From Azolla caroliniana (lineage: Eukaryota > Plantae > Polypodiophyta), in NCBI GenBank assembly GCA_043228905.1, contig JBHGNT010000021.1, forward strand, positions 3,224,001 to 3,288,000: a DNA stretch of 64,000 nucleotides, read 5' to 3'. A program made the position numbers and the translations under genes. This document shows positions 40,220 to 51,939 of the stretch, in pieces. The stretch's first letter is position 1. The number at the start of each line of letters is the position of its first letter. The notes beneath the pieces were generated by a model. It had not been told where the DNA came from. It ran no database searches and saw only the letters and a program-made list of their open reading frames with translations.

Positions 40220-41180
40220 AAGATTCACCGTGGTATTAATGAAAAGATGCCCAAAGGCTACAAAGAATCCATACAATAAATTACAACCCTCCTACCCACA
40301 TGAATCAACATGTCTAGTAGTGGAAACCCTCATGCATGGTCCTTTCAAGACGGGGGGGTAGAAAAAGGCATCTTGGTGGAGCTTATCTCCATTTTATTCT
40401 GTCCCCAAAATAGGTGAAGACCTCTACCTTTTTCCAAATTTCTCAAAATTGTTGTTGCTTGCGAAACACAACATCGGGCTCACCATGTATTGCCTCATAT
40501 TGACCTCTTAGATTATGCAGGAGCATCAACCATATCTCCTTGACTAACTCAACCGCATTCGGTTTGACATTCTGAAATACACACTTACATCTTGCCTTCC
40601 ATAATATCCAAACTACTAAAGAAGATATCGTAGACCAAATCTTGTCTTCTTCCAAACAATGGATTGGTGTAGAATAAGAGGCCTCTAATACATGTCTTCC
40701 ATCGGAGAGGAGAAGAAAATCAACACAGTCCCTTTCATAATTATGTATTTCTTCAGCCAGCCTTCCCCATCTCACAAAACTCCATCTGTACACTTGTTTA
40801 CCATAAATAGGATACAAAATTCTCAACATTCTTTTCCATACTACTCTAGCTATAGGACATACCCATAAAACATGGTGCACCGTTTCACGGGGAAAACCAC
40901 AATTGTCACATTTTAAATCATGGCAATGCCCCTTCTTCCATGACTTCACAGGGGTGCCATAATGTACCAACAACCACTTGAACAAGACAACTTTTCTAGG
41001 AATTTGCATGGCTCATAGCCATTTCCAAAAAGCATTCAACCAAGAGTGTCGTACATTACCCAAGCTCCAAAATTTACATGATGCTGGCGTAACAACCACA
41101 CGCCTCCTTAGCAATTCTCTACCCATTTTTACCGAGTACTGAAAAAATGGGATTTACTTGGCCTTTGAATTTTGTATTTC
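40220..41180 (-). mobile_element. L1-type LINE 3' fragment (zf-RVT)
   Basis: ORF 40443-41009 contains KVVLFKWLL..CDNCG..ETVHHVLWVC..WILWKARC, homologous to the C-terminus of the LINE at 1-2574. Confidence 0.85.
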
Positions 41181-41827
41181 AACGATCATGCATAACATAA
41201 GGTAATATTTGGTGGTATAAGACATTGACAACATTTTATGTTTGGTCATGTCCTTCACTTGGGGTGGTTAAGAATCCTCAATACATTCTTCTCCTCAATT
41301 TCTTATTCTTTTGCTCATCATTAGTTCGATCTATAATATTGTTGCCAAGTTAACCATTGATGTAACATCATGGCATTAGATTCCAAGAAGTACGAGATAA
41401 GTAAAGTATGCGATGAAGAATTAATGGAAGACAAATCTCACTTCTCATATGCTTAGCATGTAATTTGTGAGATTTTTAATGACTTGTTAAGTGGACTTGA
41501 TAACTTAAGTGCCATACTCAAAGCATCACCTACAAGGTTGTGCATATATGTGCATTATTTTCTCTTAGAATTTCTTTTATTGCAAAGTTGTGATCCGCTT
41601 TTTGTCCTATCGGTCAAATTTGGCCTCCTCCTAGATGATAAAAATTCTAATTCTAATGGTTAGAGATGTTATTTTATGTTTTTCCCGCATTAGAGATAAA
41701 TGCCCTAGAGATGTTATTACATGAAAGCCATCAATGTGGAAACGGCGCCTTTATAAATCATACAAAAGACTCCAGACGTCCCCATTTTTGTGTATAGATT
41801 CAACATCTTACTTCATTGAAATTCAAA

Positions 41828-42140
41828 CATGCAAATAGATAAACACAAGAATAAATGTCGTGATTTGTCGCGTTGAGGTTGTGTATTAGGTCTTGAGCCA
41901 TAGGTTAATTCATTCTATGAAGAGTCAAATCTTACATGTATTATTATGTTCACAATGTTAGTTTAACATCATGCACACTAACATCATGCAAATAGATAAA
42001 CACAAGAATAAATGTCGTGATTTGTCGCGTTGAGGTTGTGTATTAGGTCTTGAGCCATGGGTTAATTCATTCTATGAAGAGTCAAATCTTACATGTATTA
42101 TTATGTTCACAATGTTAGTTTAACATCATGCACACTAACA
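41828..42140. repeat. 157-bp near-perfect tandem duplication
   Basis: catgcaaatagataaacacaagaat.. at 41828 and 41985; only one mismatch seen. Confidence 0.9.
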
Positions 42141-44040
42141 ATATTCTCGTAAAGCAAATACCTTCACGAAAATAGCATCGGCATATATTCCATGACCCGA
42201 ACGCTTGGAACTAGTTGCATTGCCAATTATCAGCAATGCTAGCCTCTAGCCTCTAGGTAAAGATTGGTAGAGGGAAACCAAATCAACAATAGGAGAAGAG
42301 TGCAATCCTTCAACCAAGAGTAATGAAGCCAACAACATATAGAAATGTAGTTGGACTCTTATCATGTTACCCACTAGAGAGGGAGGGAGGAGGGGGGTCA
42401 ATTATAGTGTATTGACGAACGCACAACATATCCAATGATGGCTTGACCATGGCACGATATGTGTTCTTGATGCCTGTATATTTAGGACAATACCCCTGCC
42501 ATTTCCAAAATCGACGTTATACCCCTCTCTCTACACATTATATAGGATGTTTTTGCATGTGTTTTCTCTCATCAATGCCCAAATTTGTATATTCCCTTTA
42601 CTTGAGAGGCAAAATTAATGAAAATTTGGATCAAAAGTTCAAGAAAGGAACCATTTCTTTGTCTATGCCACAAAGCCTTCCTGCAAAACCAGAGGAAATG
42701 CAGGTATCTCTTAGATCTGTGTTTATTAAAACAAAATCGTAAACAATGGCTATGTGGGCTCTGATAAAGGAAAACATATTTCCGTTTTATGTCTTACTCT
42801 CATATTTTTTACTTAGTCAATAAAGAGTGTCCATTCCATGTGTGCGTGTGTGTTTGTGTGTCTATATATATAGTTTAGACAAGCATGGATATGGACATGA
42901 TTAAGTTCTTACGTTAGATCATATGCTCAACATATAGAGTTATTTTAGATCCGTCCTTGATAGGAGCAACTAATCTCTCATGTATCCCAGCATCAGTAAT
43001 TTGACCACATAAATGTTAGAATTTGTTAGATAAGGTAAAAAAATGAGAATCCATGCTTAGATCAAGCATGAAAATGATTGCAAAAGATGCATAACGAACA
43101 CACTTTTAAAGCCCACTAGAATCAATATGATTGAAATAGATATAACAAAGTTGAGACATCTATAATGCCCCCATCATCTAAATTTAGTTATCTATTGTTC
43201 ATGAATGGGAAATTACTTTATTCACCACAATCTTAGATGCCTGATTGAATATTACTCACGTTTTAAATTTGGAATCTGGGTCATGTAATCTCTTAGAATA
43301 ATGGCAGACTTTTGGCAATTTGAAGGACGTGAGTTGGTAATGAACTTCATGGCAACAGATGTGGTTTAATTCTGCAGAGAATATTTTTACTCAAGAAATC
43401 CTGAAGATCGGGTTCATCTTTCATAGTAATGGATACAACAACGATGAGGATGATAAATGCAATGTTTGAGCTTCTGATTCTTTAAAACTCTGGCCCATAT
43501 TAATTATCATTATCTTGGGATACATTCATTTGGTGTGAGTGCGGGTTCATCAGTTTAGAACAATCTTTTAGATGGATGCACAATCTATAGTGAAGAATCC
43601 AAGTGAGGGTAGGACGTGAAGGACGCAAGGCCAGAAATTCATTCCAACATCGCAATAAGCTTTTTAAACAGTGTCACAATTGGTATGAACATAATGAATT
43701 ATATATTCATTTTTTCATATTGACCCCTTCTTACTTTGGTTTGGAAGTATCTCAAATCATGATTATTTAATGCAGTTGCAAGCAGTACGATGTCATTGAA
43801 ATATGCTTGAAGAGCACTTTAGAAAGCATTTCCAGATTATTTCTTCAAACAGAGGTTCCTCATCTCAAGGATTAATAGGGTGTTTCAATCTGACTCACAT
43901 GACTTTACATGCTGGGGCACCATCGTCATGATAAAAATTATTGTTTTGGTTCAAGTTTCATAAGAAACATAGTGAAATTTGCTGCGTGGAGGCTTCTAAG
44001 AGACCTTTTTGTTGCAGTACTTCTTTTCTCTAGGTTTGTA

Positions 44041-45456
44041 ATGACTCCTCAGCCACTTTATCCTCCTCTGAATCACCCTTCGCAGATCAATGATGAACAT
44101 AAAACTGGACTTATCAAGATTGTGATCATCACTCTCGAGTTCCGGAAAGGTACATTTAGTGGAAATGGTATCTATGCTCAGTCCATAGCAAGGTCATTGG
44201 CACGGAGAGGTCATGAAGTTCTGGTTATAAGTGGAAAACAGGTGCAAAACGTGTCTACAATCTCAACTAATCCCATCACCAATAAAAATTTGGATGATCA
44301 AAATGCACCAGGTAAGGAAAGTGAAAGTAAAGCATTTGAAGGTTATCAGAGGGAAATTCTTGATTTAAGCAAGAATAAGGATTTAGGCATATTTGAGCTA
44401 GAAGTAAATGTTGAGCCTGAGGGATGGGGAAGACTAGATTGGAAGTGTCCTTGGAAGAGCTTTGCAAATGGTATCAGTGTATATAAAGAGCTTGTTCTAA
44501 GATTCAATCCATCGTGGATCCTGGTAGTCGATTGGTCATCTGTTCCAGCTTTTGAAGAGTTATGGAATTCTGTGGGTAATCCCCATTGGCGTATGGCATT
44601 TCTAAATTTTAGAATATATACCATATCTGAGTATCATGGTGACAATGGTGATGCTGAGAAGAAGTTCTATAAGGATATAGAATCGAAGGGTGTGACCCTT
44701 GCATCTGCAGTTTCAGCTTTGAGCTCTAGAGATGCACACATACTAGCTACAGAGCTTGGGAAAGGTATTAAGTCAGGGGTTATACCTAAACCTCATTTCC
44801 CTCCTTTAAGAGAGGATTTACGTACCATTGCTCTTGCGACAAGCTCCATTACCCAAGGTCAGACTGTCAACGAATGGCTAAATGGGCGAAGATTCTTCAC
44901 TTGCTGTGTGCGTATTTCTCCAGAGAAAAATACCAAGCTTTTTGCTTCTCTGGTAGAAGGTTTAGTTGGATTCCTTAGAGAGCAACAGATTGTTCCTTTC
45001 CTTTGTAGTGGTGCAAATAGAATGGGCATCTATGCCGATGATGTCAAATTGAGAATCAAAGTTGCAATGCCTGAGGCAATTGTATATGAAGGTTTTATGG
45101 ATGCTACTCAGCTATCAGAACTATACTGTCAGACGCTCTTGAATGTACATCCATGTATATATGATGCCTATGGCATGACCATCGTTGAGGCTGCTGCTTT
45201 CATGTCTCCATCCGTAGTGCATTTAGGTTCTGGTGGAGCAGTAGGAGCAGCAGAATTTCTCGATCCGAGCAAGGGTCAAGTCCTTGGATTGGATCTTACA
45301 GGTGCTCTATCTGATATTGTTAATGGAATCAAACATATTCTCTTGAATAAGAACCACCTTGCAGAGATTGCTTGGGCAGCATCTAAGAGAAGCCTCTCAT
45401 GGGATGAGGATGCTAATGCTGAGCAATTAATGGCTATCCTTGAGGGTGCACCATAG
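44041..45456 (+). CDS. GT-B fold glycosyltransferase, family 4-like, single coding exon
   Basis: Open frame 43909-45456. The likely start is ATG 44041, just after a pyrimidine-rich acceptor (ttctctag, 44032). N-terminal IVIITLEF..SGNGIYAQSIARSLARRGHEVLVIS, RISPEK, and a D-x7-E motif (YDAYGMTIVEAA). Confidence 0.85.
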   Translation: MTPQPLYPPLNHPSQINDEHKTGLIKIVIITLEFRKGTFSGNGIYAQSIARSLARRGHEVLVISGKQVQNVSTISTNPITNKNLDDQNAPGKESESKAFEGYQREILDLSKNKDLGIFELEVNVEPEGWGRLDWKCPWKSFANGISVYKELVLRFNPSWILVVDWSSVPAFEELWNSVGNPHWRMAFLNFRIYTISEYHGDNGDAEKKFYKDIESKGVTLASAVSALSSRDAHILATELGKGIKSGVIPKPHFPPLREDLRTIALATSSITQGQTVNEWLNGRRFFTCCVRISPEKNTKLFASLVEGLVGFLREQQIVPFLCSGANRMGIYADDVKLRIKVAMPEAIVYEGFMDATQLSELYCQTLLNVHPCIYDAYGMTIVEAAAFMSPSVVHLGSGGAVGAAEFLDPSKGQVLGLDLTGALSDIVNGIKHILLNKNHLAEIAWAASKRSLSWDEDANAEQLMAILEGAP

Positions 45457-45559
45457 TTTTCCAGGTGTAATTGAAGAAAAAACCCAGTAGCTGAGTAGCT
45501 GCAGAACTAGTCTTTTTCCTTATGCCGTGATCAAGCTATGTACACATGCATAGCTATGT

Positions 45560-45912
45560 GATAGTTTGAAGGGTTAATGTTAACCCCAGGTATTTTCATG
45601 CATAGCTATGTAAACATGCCTGATCAAGTAAAAAAAAACAATGATAAAACCATTAAATGTATTCTGTTTGGCCTTTGGTGTGATGAAAAATGGGTATCAT
45701 TTGATTCCGTTAGAAATGAATTTTGAATGTGTCGATGACAGTTCGAAGGGTTAATGCTAACCCCAGGTATTTTCATGCATAGCTATGTACACATGCCTGA
45801 TCAAGTCAAAAAAAAATGATAAAACCATTCAATGTATTCTGTTTGGCCTTTGGCATGATGAAAAATGGGCATCATTTGATTCCGTTAGCAATGAATTTTG
45901 AATGTGTCGATG
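45560..45912. repeat. ~177-bp tandem duplication downstream of the GT gene
   Basis: gaagggttaatg.taaccccaggtattttcatgcatagctatgt at ~45568 and ~45745. Confidence 0.85.
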
Positions 45913-47331
45913 ATGTGTTGATGAGATTCTTAAGGAAAGGGGTGTAATGAGTTGAATACTAATCATTGAGCAGTCGTATTAACTTTTGAGGTAAAGAAAA
46001 TGATGTTAAAAAGCAGGATTTCAGTTGGATGTTGATGCTTAAAGTTCACATGCAACAACAACTAAAGGATTTGAGTGTAAATCTATTATTAGTTACATTT
46101 AAACTAAGACGGGGCATTCAATAGTTTGACCAGAAAACATCTAGGGATCGGTATGAAGAACAATGATACTCAAAGCATCCCCTCCCCTGCCAGCTTGCGG
46201 ACTTGTCTTCCTACATACTATACCATGCTCCTTGAGAAACTTCTAATGTCAGATACAAATTTCGTAAACAAATATTTGATGTTGCATTTTTCACCTTCCT
46301 CATGCCTGTAACAATAGCCAATTCCACACTCACCCCAGATTGGCCATTCTCCGCGTACTATACCATACTCTTTGATAAATTCAGATACAACTTTGCAGCT
46401 TCTCCATGGACTGGTAATATATTAAGAAAAGAACTATTCGATATCGCCTTTTTTGTGTTCTTCTTCATGTCTATAGCAATAGCCAATTCCACCTCCAGGC
46501 CCCATACTGACAATGCTTCTACAGCATGTAAGCTTCCACAAAGTCAAGCATGATAGAAATTAAATTCACACGTACATGTGTTTACAATCACGTGCGCCAG
46601 TGTCATACATAAACATATTACTCTATTCTCCCTTCTTAGATTTTTTACCCACATAAGAAATGAGGTGAATTCTGCTTGGTGAATATCATAGATTTGATGG
46701 TGACAAGTGCTAGTTCCTCTCTCACTTTGCAAGGATATTGGAGCAATCTTACAATTCTGCTGGAGGAGAGTTTGACAGGTTCCAGTATCTGCCAACAAAA
46801 CTAACAGATTTCTTTATTCCATGCAGCATAAGAATGGAATCAATAATGCAATATGACATTTGTCCATCGATAGTGTACCTAGGTTTCTCTATGCAAAGCT
46901 TCTTTGTGATGCATCTATATACAGATACTGAGAAGCCAGGTTGTGATCTGATTCATGTGGTTCCAATTTACATGAGAACTTAATAATATCTTGGTATATC
47001 TTGTGAGTTAGACAGATTGGAGGATCTCGAGATGCTCATGAGTTATGCTTCTTTGGATTGTACCTGATTTTCTCTTAATCATTGCTCTTGTAAGGAGCAA
47101 AATGCAATGGACCAGCTTACCAGCTTTCTTAATTAATACATAATTCATAGTCGCATGAGCCTGCCATTTTTCAGCTTTCCTTCAATTGTCCTGTTTTTCT
47201 TTTCGTTCCTTATCCCTCCAATGGACAATGCTGGAGTTACCTTGTAGCAATTATTCTTCTGGTGCACATGATTCTAGAGAGCAGGCATGGACGAGGATGA
47301 TCGATAATAAAATATGCATTATATTCACACC

Positions 47332-50112
47332 TCACCAGTAATCACCACAAGAACAAGAACCATTTTTAAAGTGATGAACTCGATTAGTATCCCTTAAAAC
47401 AATTTCTCTATCCACAATCTTAGATATTAGCTTCATTACAGTGTGGCAATCTGGACATGTTCGTAGATTTTTAACAAGACGCAAAGGAGTTCCAGGTAAT
47501 GTATTGTAAAGACCAAATGCGAGGGCAATCCGCTCACTATGGTGACCAAGCATGTATTCTTTCAGATCTTTGTCAACATCATGCAATACTAACTTTGTAT
47601 TTGGAATATATCCCATCTCTTTCACTTTATTCTCTAAATCCTTTAATAGGTCATGCACACCTTCATCTTTTGATGGCAACTCATCGTTGACCCAAAATTC
47701 ATGAATCTGGTTTTCCACATCAATAAGAGTGCAACCAGGCTTTTTCTTTATACCCATCATCACCATATGTTGCAGTAGTTCTTGTGCATCATTCCACCTG
47801 TCTTTTGTGGAATACATAGTGGAAAGTAACACATATGGTGCAGCATTCTCAGGTTCAAATAGCATAACATGCTTTGCAGCTCTTGTTCCTCGTTCAAGAT
47901 CCCCATGCTTTCTGCATGCACCTAGTAGGGCGGACCATATGCATCCATTTGATGGAAATGGACTCTTTTCAATGAAATCCTCAGCTTCTTCAAGATATCC
48001 ACCTCGACCAAGCATATCAACCACACACCCATAATGTTCAATAGATGGGAAAATATCATAATCTCTACTAATTGACTCAAATAAGATGCAACCTTCTTTA
48101 ACCATGCCCGATTGACTACATCCAGAAAGTATCCCGACAAAAGTCATGGCAGTGGGTTTCACTTTTTTGAGTTTCATTCTCTCAAATAGCTCAATCACCT
48201 CTTTTCCCTGTCCTTCTTGTGCACATGCCATGATGATTGCGCTCCAGGTGATCTCATCATGATAGATCATGCTCTCAAACATCACAAGTGCATTCTCAAT
48301 CGCACCACACTTTGCATACATGTTGATGATTGATGTCCCTAAGACATTTTCTATACTAATTCCTCTGCCAATAATAGTTGCATGAATTAGCTGCCCTTGT
48401 CCTAGCATAGAAAGATCACCACATGCTTCAAGAATGTACACAAAGGTGGCAGGGCCAGGTTCAATCTCCATGTGTTGCATTTGATCATAGAGAAAAATGA
48501 CATTGTTTGCAAGGCCATGGTCCATAAAACTTCCCATTATTGTAGTCCAAGATACAACATCATGCTGTCGCATTTTGTTGAAAATGTAATAAGCATCATC
48601 TAAGTCTCCAAATTTCCTATACATATTAAGCAGAGTGTTTTCCACAAAAATATCCAGCTTGAATCCTTCGGTAACCATACCAGCATGAATTCCTTGACCT
48701 TCTTTCACTAGTTCTAGATCCGCATATATACTGATGATAACAGAGAATGTGGCTGCATTAGGCTTTACTCTTTTCGCTTGCATTTGCTGAAAGATTTGCA
48801 ATGCTACTTCGTGTTCACCATTTTCTGCATAAACACTAATAAGTGTAGTCCAAGCGATCGAATCAGGTTTACGCATTTCATTGAATGCATTTTGTGCCTC
48901 TTTCAAATCACCAAATCTTCCATACATGTTTACAAGAGCAGTAGCAACCACGTTCTGCCCTTTTAACTTACTTCCAATAATATTCCTATGAATAGATTTA
49001 CCTTCAGAAATCTCCTCGGTGGCACCAAGAACAATGGAAAATGTGAATGCATTTGGCTTTACATTTGCTTCCTTCATTTGCTCAAACAATTGTAAAGCCT
49101 CTTTGTAAAATCCTTGCTTTACATGAGCTGTGATTACAGCTGTCCATGCAACCACATCTCTACCATTCATCTTATAAAAAAGACCCCAAGCTTTACTCAC
49201 AATACCACACTGCGCATACATCTTGATAAGGGCAGTAGATAAAGCTGCATTTGTATCAAGCCCATGATCAACAATCAATTGATGAATAAACAAACCTTCT
49301 TTTTTTCCTCCCAGTTCCTCGCAAGCATTGACAAGAGCAAGGAAAGTGATCTCATTAGGTATGAACCCATCCATTTGCATATTCTTGAAAACCATGAGGA
49401 CTTCTTCTAAAAGGCCATTTTCAGCGTAGGATGTGATTAAAGCTGTCCAAGTGACAACATTTCGGCTTTGCATTTTATCAAAGACAGCTCGGGCGAGATG
49501 CAAACACCCACATTTTCCATAGCCAGATACAAGAAGGCTGCATAAAAATACATCATTTTCTAGACCAGACCTTATAACAAATTCGTGAAGAAAAATGCAT
49601 TTGGGCATAGAAATGGGTACCTTCATCATAGTTGAAGCAATTTGGGGTCCGTCTAAGTTATTCAGAGCTTCTTCTAAGAGCACCAAATCTTTAGAAGAAT
49701 CAGTCCTTTCGTCAATATTAGAAGGATCACCGTTCCCCTGTTTAGCATAAACCAAATTATTTAAAGGATCTTCTTCTTTTTCTTTAATGAAAACAAAGGA
49801 TGCTTTATTCAAATGTTGTTCTTCTTCTTCTTCTTCTTCCATTGAAGCAAATGAGGATCTATTCCAAGGCTCTTCTGCTTCAGCGGAAACAGAGGAGAAT
49901 GCGTTCAACGGTTCTTCTTCTTTAATTGAGACGGAGGAGAATCCATTCAAGTGTTCTTGGTCTTCAATGGAACGAGAGGAGTTCATATGTGTGCAGGGGA
50001 GCTGTTTTCGGCGAGTGAAAGAAGAGGTCCCATAGCTCTGAGGAGCGCTTTGTGGAACGTGGAAGAATTTGGGGCTGAGCGGGGGCGACAGAGAATTCCA
50101 TGACCACACCAT
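47332..50112 (-). CDS. PLS-class PPR protein with E/E+/DYW deaminase domain (organellar RNA-editing factor), probable plastid transit peptide
   Basis: 926-aa intronless ORF. P-L-S repeats (VVTWTALI, ALIKMYAQCG), PG box KKPG, HSERIA, CPDCH, terminal SCGDYW. Ser/Pro-rich N-terminus. Confidence 0.96.
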   Translation of the reverse strand: MVWSWNSLSPPLSPKFFHVPQSAPQSYGTSSFTRRKQLPCTHMNSSRSIEDQEHLNGFSSVSIKEEEPLNAFSSVSAEAEEPWNRSSFASMEEEEEEEQHLNKASFVFIKEKEEDPLNNLVYAKQGNGDPSNIDERTDSSKDLVLLEEALNNLDGPQIASTMMKVPISMPKCIFLHEFVIRSGLENDVFLCSLLVSGYGKCGCLHLARAVFDKMQSRNVVTWTALITSYAENGLLEEVLMVFKNMQMDGFIPNEITFLALVNACEELGGKKEGLFIHQLIVDHGLDTNAALSTALIKMYAQCGIVSKAWGLFYKMNGRDVVAWTAVITAHVKQGFYKEALQLFEQMKEANVKPNAFTFSIVLGATEEISEGKSIHRNIIGSKLKGQNVVATALVNMYGRFGDLKEAQNAFNEMRKPDSIAWTTLISVYAENGEHEVALQIFQQMQAKRVKPNAATFSVIISIYADLELVKEGQGIHAGMVTEGFKLDIFVENTLLNMYRKFGDLDDAYYIFNKMRQHDVVSWTTIMGSFMDHGLANNVIFLYDQMQHMEIEPGPATFVYILEACGDLSMLGQGQLIHATIIGRGISIENVLGTSIINMYAKCGAIENALVMFESMIYHDEITWSAIIMACAQEGQGKEVIELFERMKLKKVKPTAMTFVGILSGCSQSGMVKEGCILFESISRDYDIFPSIEHYGCVVDMLGRGGYLEEAEDFIEKSPFPSNGCIWSALLGACRKHGDLERGTRAAKHVMLFEPENAAPYVLLSTMYSTKDRWNDAQELLQHMVMMGIKKKPGCTLIDVENQIHEFWVNDELPSKDEGVHDLLKDLENKVKEMGYIPNTKLVLHDVDKDLKEYMLGHHSERIALAFGLYNTLPGTPLRLVKNLRTCPDCHTVMKLISKIVDREIVLRDTNRVHHFKNGSCSCGDYW

Positions 50113-50204
50113 AGCTCTGCTCTGTGTCTTTCTTTAGTAAAGGAAAGTATGTCTCCATACATAACTTATATATACTGTATATATACCTACTGATACACTA
50201 CACT

Positions 50205-50515
50205 TAGGAACCAGTTTCGGCTTTACCGATTTGGCCTTGTCCAAACCAAACCGGTTATACGCCTTAACCGGTTTGGATGTTTTCAAATTTGAACCGAACC
50301 TGTTCCTTAATTGGTTTGTCTAAACCGGTTTTGCTAAACCGATCGAGCCTTAACCGGTTTGGCCCAAATGGTTCGGTTCGGCTTGAGTCTTGCCAAACCG
50401 AGCTCAAACCTGTTTGGGAAGCTCAAGCTCTAACCAAGTCAAACCCAATTCCCAAACTTTTAAAAAATGGATTAATGACTCGGTTTAGGCTTGAGTCGAA
50501 TGTTGCGAACTCCCA
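50205..50515. mobile_element. Degenerate copy of the hAT-type MITE
   Basis: Shares ttggccttgtccaaaccaaac, aaccggtttggcccaaat and gtttaggcttgag with 58517-58780. Begins taggaa. Confidence 0.65.
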
Positions 50516-50906
50516 ATTTCACTCATTGTTGAGCCGGAATGGATTTCATTCATTTCGATGAATGAGCATTATTATGAAGAACATGCCACCACAAGCCTTA
50601 AATCCTTCATTACAACTACTATACATTGACCTCTAATCTAAGCTTTTTGTTCCATGTACAAATGTCATGTTTGGGACTATTGTCGTCCTCACGAATCAAA
50701 TACACAACTCCAGTGTGCATGAATGTTTGAATGTACGTGTGAGTGAAAAGGTCAAATCATTGGTTCATCCCACTAGATTTAAACAAAGTTTGTCAATCTT
50801 TAATTGTGACCCATTCAATTCTCTACGAATAAACATGTCGACATCCACTAAATTGCGCAAGGAATGTGGATATTGCTCAATGGAGATATTCCTAGACCAA
50901 AATAAA

Positions 50907-51154
50907 ATCCCTCCAATGGACTATGTTGGAGTTACCTTGTAGCAATTATTCTTCTGGTGCACATGATTCTAGAGAGCAGGCATGGATGAGGATGGTCGAT
51001 AAAAAACATATGCATTATATTCATGCCTCATCAGTAATCACCACAAGAACAAGAACCATGTTTAAAGTGATGAACTCGATTAGTATCCCTTAAAACAATT
51101 TCTCTATCCACAATCTTAGATATTAACTTCATTACAGTGTGGCAATCTGGACAT
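50907..51154 (-). pseudogene. Duplicated 3' fragment of the PPR-DYW gene (last ~42 codons plus 3' UTR)
   Basis: Near-identical to 47212-47458. The terminal Trp codon TGG has become TGA. Confidence 0.9.
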
Positions 51155-51800
51155 ATGATATTTCCTCATTATTTCATATATATAAAATAAGAAATTGGTT
51201 GATTTGTAGATGACAATTTCCACAACAAAGTTCAGTCTTCGACATTTCGACGTGTTTTATTAAAAGGTAACGATCGAACTTAGGTTCTCTCGTGTTTACG
51301 ACTTTGAAACTATGGGGTGTAAAGCACTATGTAAACAACCATGCCAATAGCAAGAGAGAAATAGTCGATGCTACGTTTACCCTTACTATTTAATCCAATA
51401 TACTTTTCACTCATGTTTTATTCTCCCAAATTGCCACGTTGGTCCTCCCCTTAAACAAGGCCAACAACGATATTATTAGCTACTTACTTACTAAAGGATG
51501 AAGATGTTGGGGGGGTGTCATGTCCAAATGCCACTATGTTTTCATTCATTTTCCGAAATACCCTTCGATCATCGAGCATATGTGTCAATGTGTGAGTGTT
51601 TTTCCTCAATGGGCGTTCTGTCAATGTTTTGTTGTGAGTTGGGAGGGGGGGGGGGGTGGGAGGCAACTCAGGGGTATATTTGGAAATAATGAAAATCGTA
51701 TAGGGGTATTTCAGAAATTGCCCATAAACGCTAATTTTTGTCGGGTGCTAGTAGAGTCCCCAACCTGTAAAAACGAGAATAGCACAGATACTGCTTAGAA

Positions 51801-51835
51801 TTTTAGGGTTTAGGGTTTTTAGGCTCTAGGGTTTC
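51801..51835 (+). promoter_or_regulatory. Telo-box-like TAGGGTTT cluster just upstream of the ING1 start
   Basis: ttttagggtttagggtttttaggctctagggttt, 25-60 bp before ATG 51861. Confidence 0.55.
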
Positions 51836-51860
51836 GGTTTTTAGTCGAACCTCCATCGCC

Positions 51861-51893
51861 ATGCCATACCTCGACGAATTCAGCAAGAGTACG

Positions 51894-51939
<46 letters not shown>

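Noticed and set aside
43909-44040. Longer N-terminus of the GT4 ORF from ATG 43909
   Set aside because: This segment ends in a strong polypyrimidine/AG acceptor at 44032 and looks intronic. ATG 44041 is preferred, though unproven.
47332-47750. Possible U-to-C (DYW:KP-type) editing domain
   Set aside because: It has a PG box, canonical HSE and CxxC, and a DYW terminus, consistent with a standard C-to-U type.
51801-51835. Telomere or interstitial telomeric array
   Set aside because: Only 3-4 imperfect units next to a start codon; better explained as telo-boxes.
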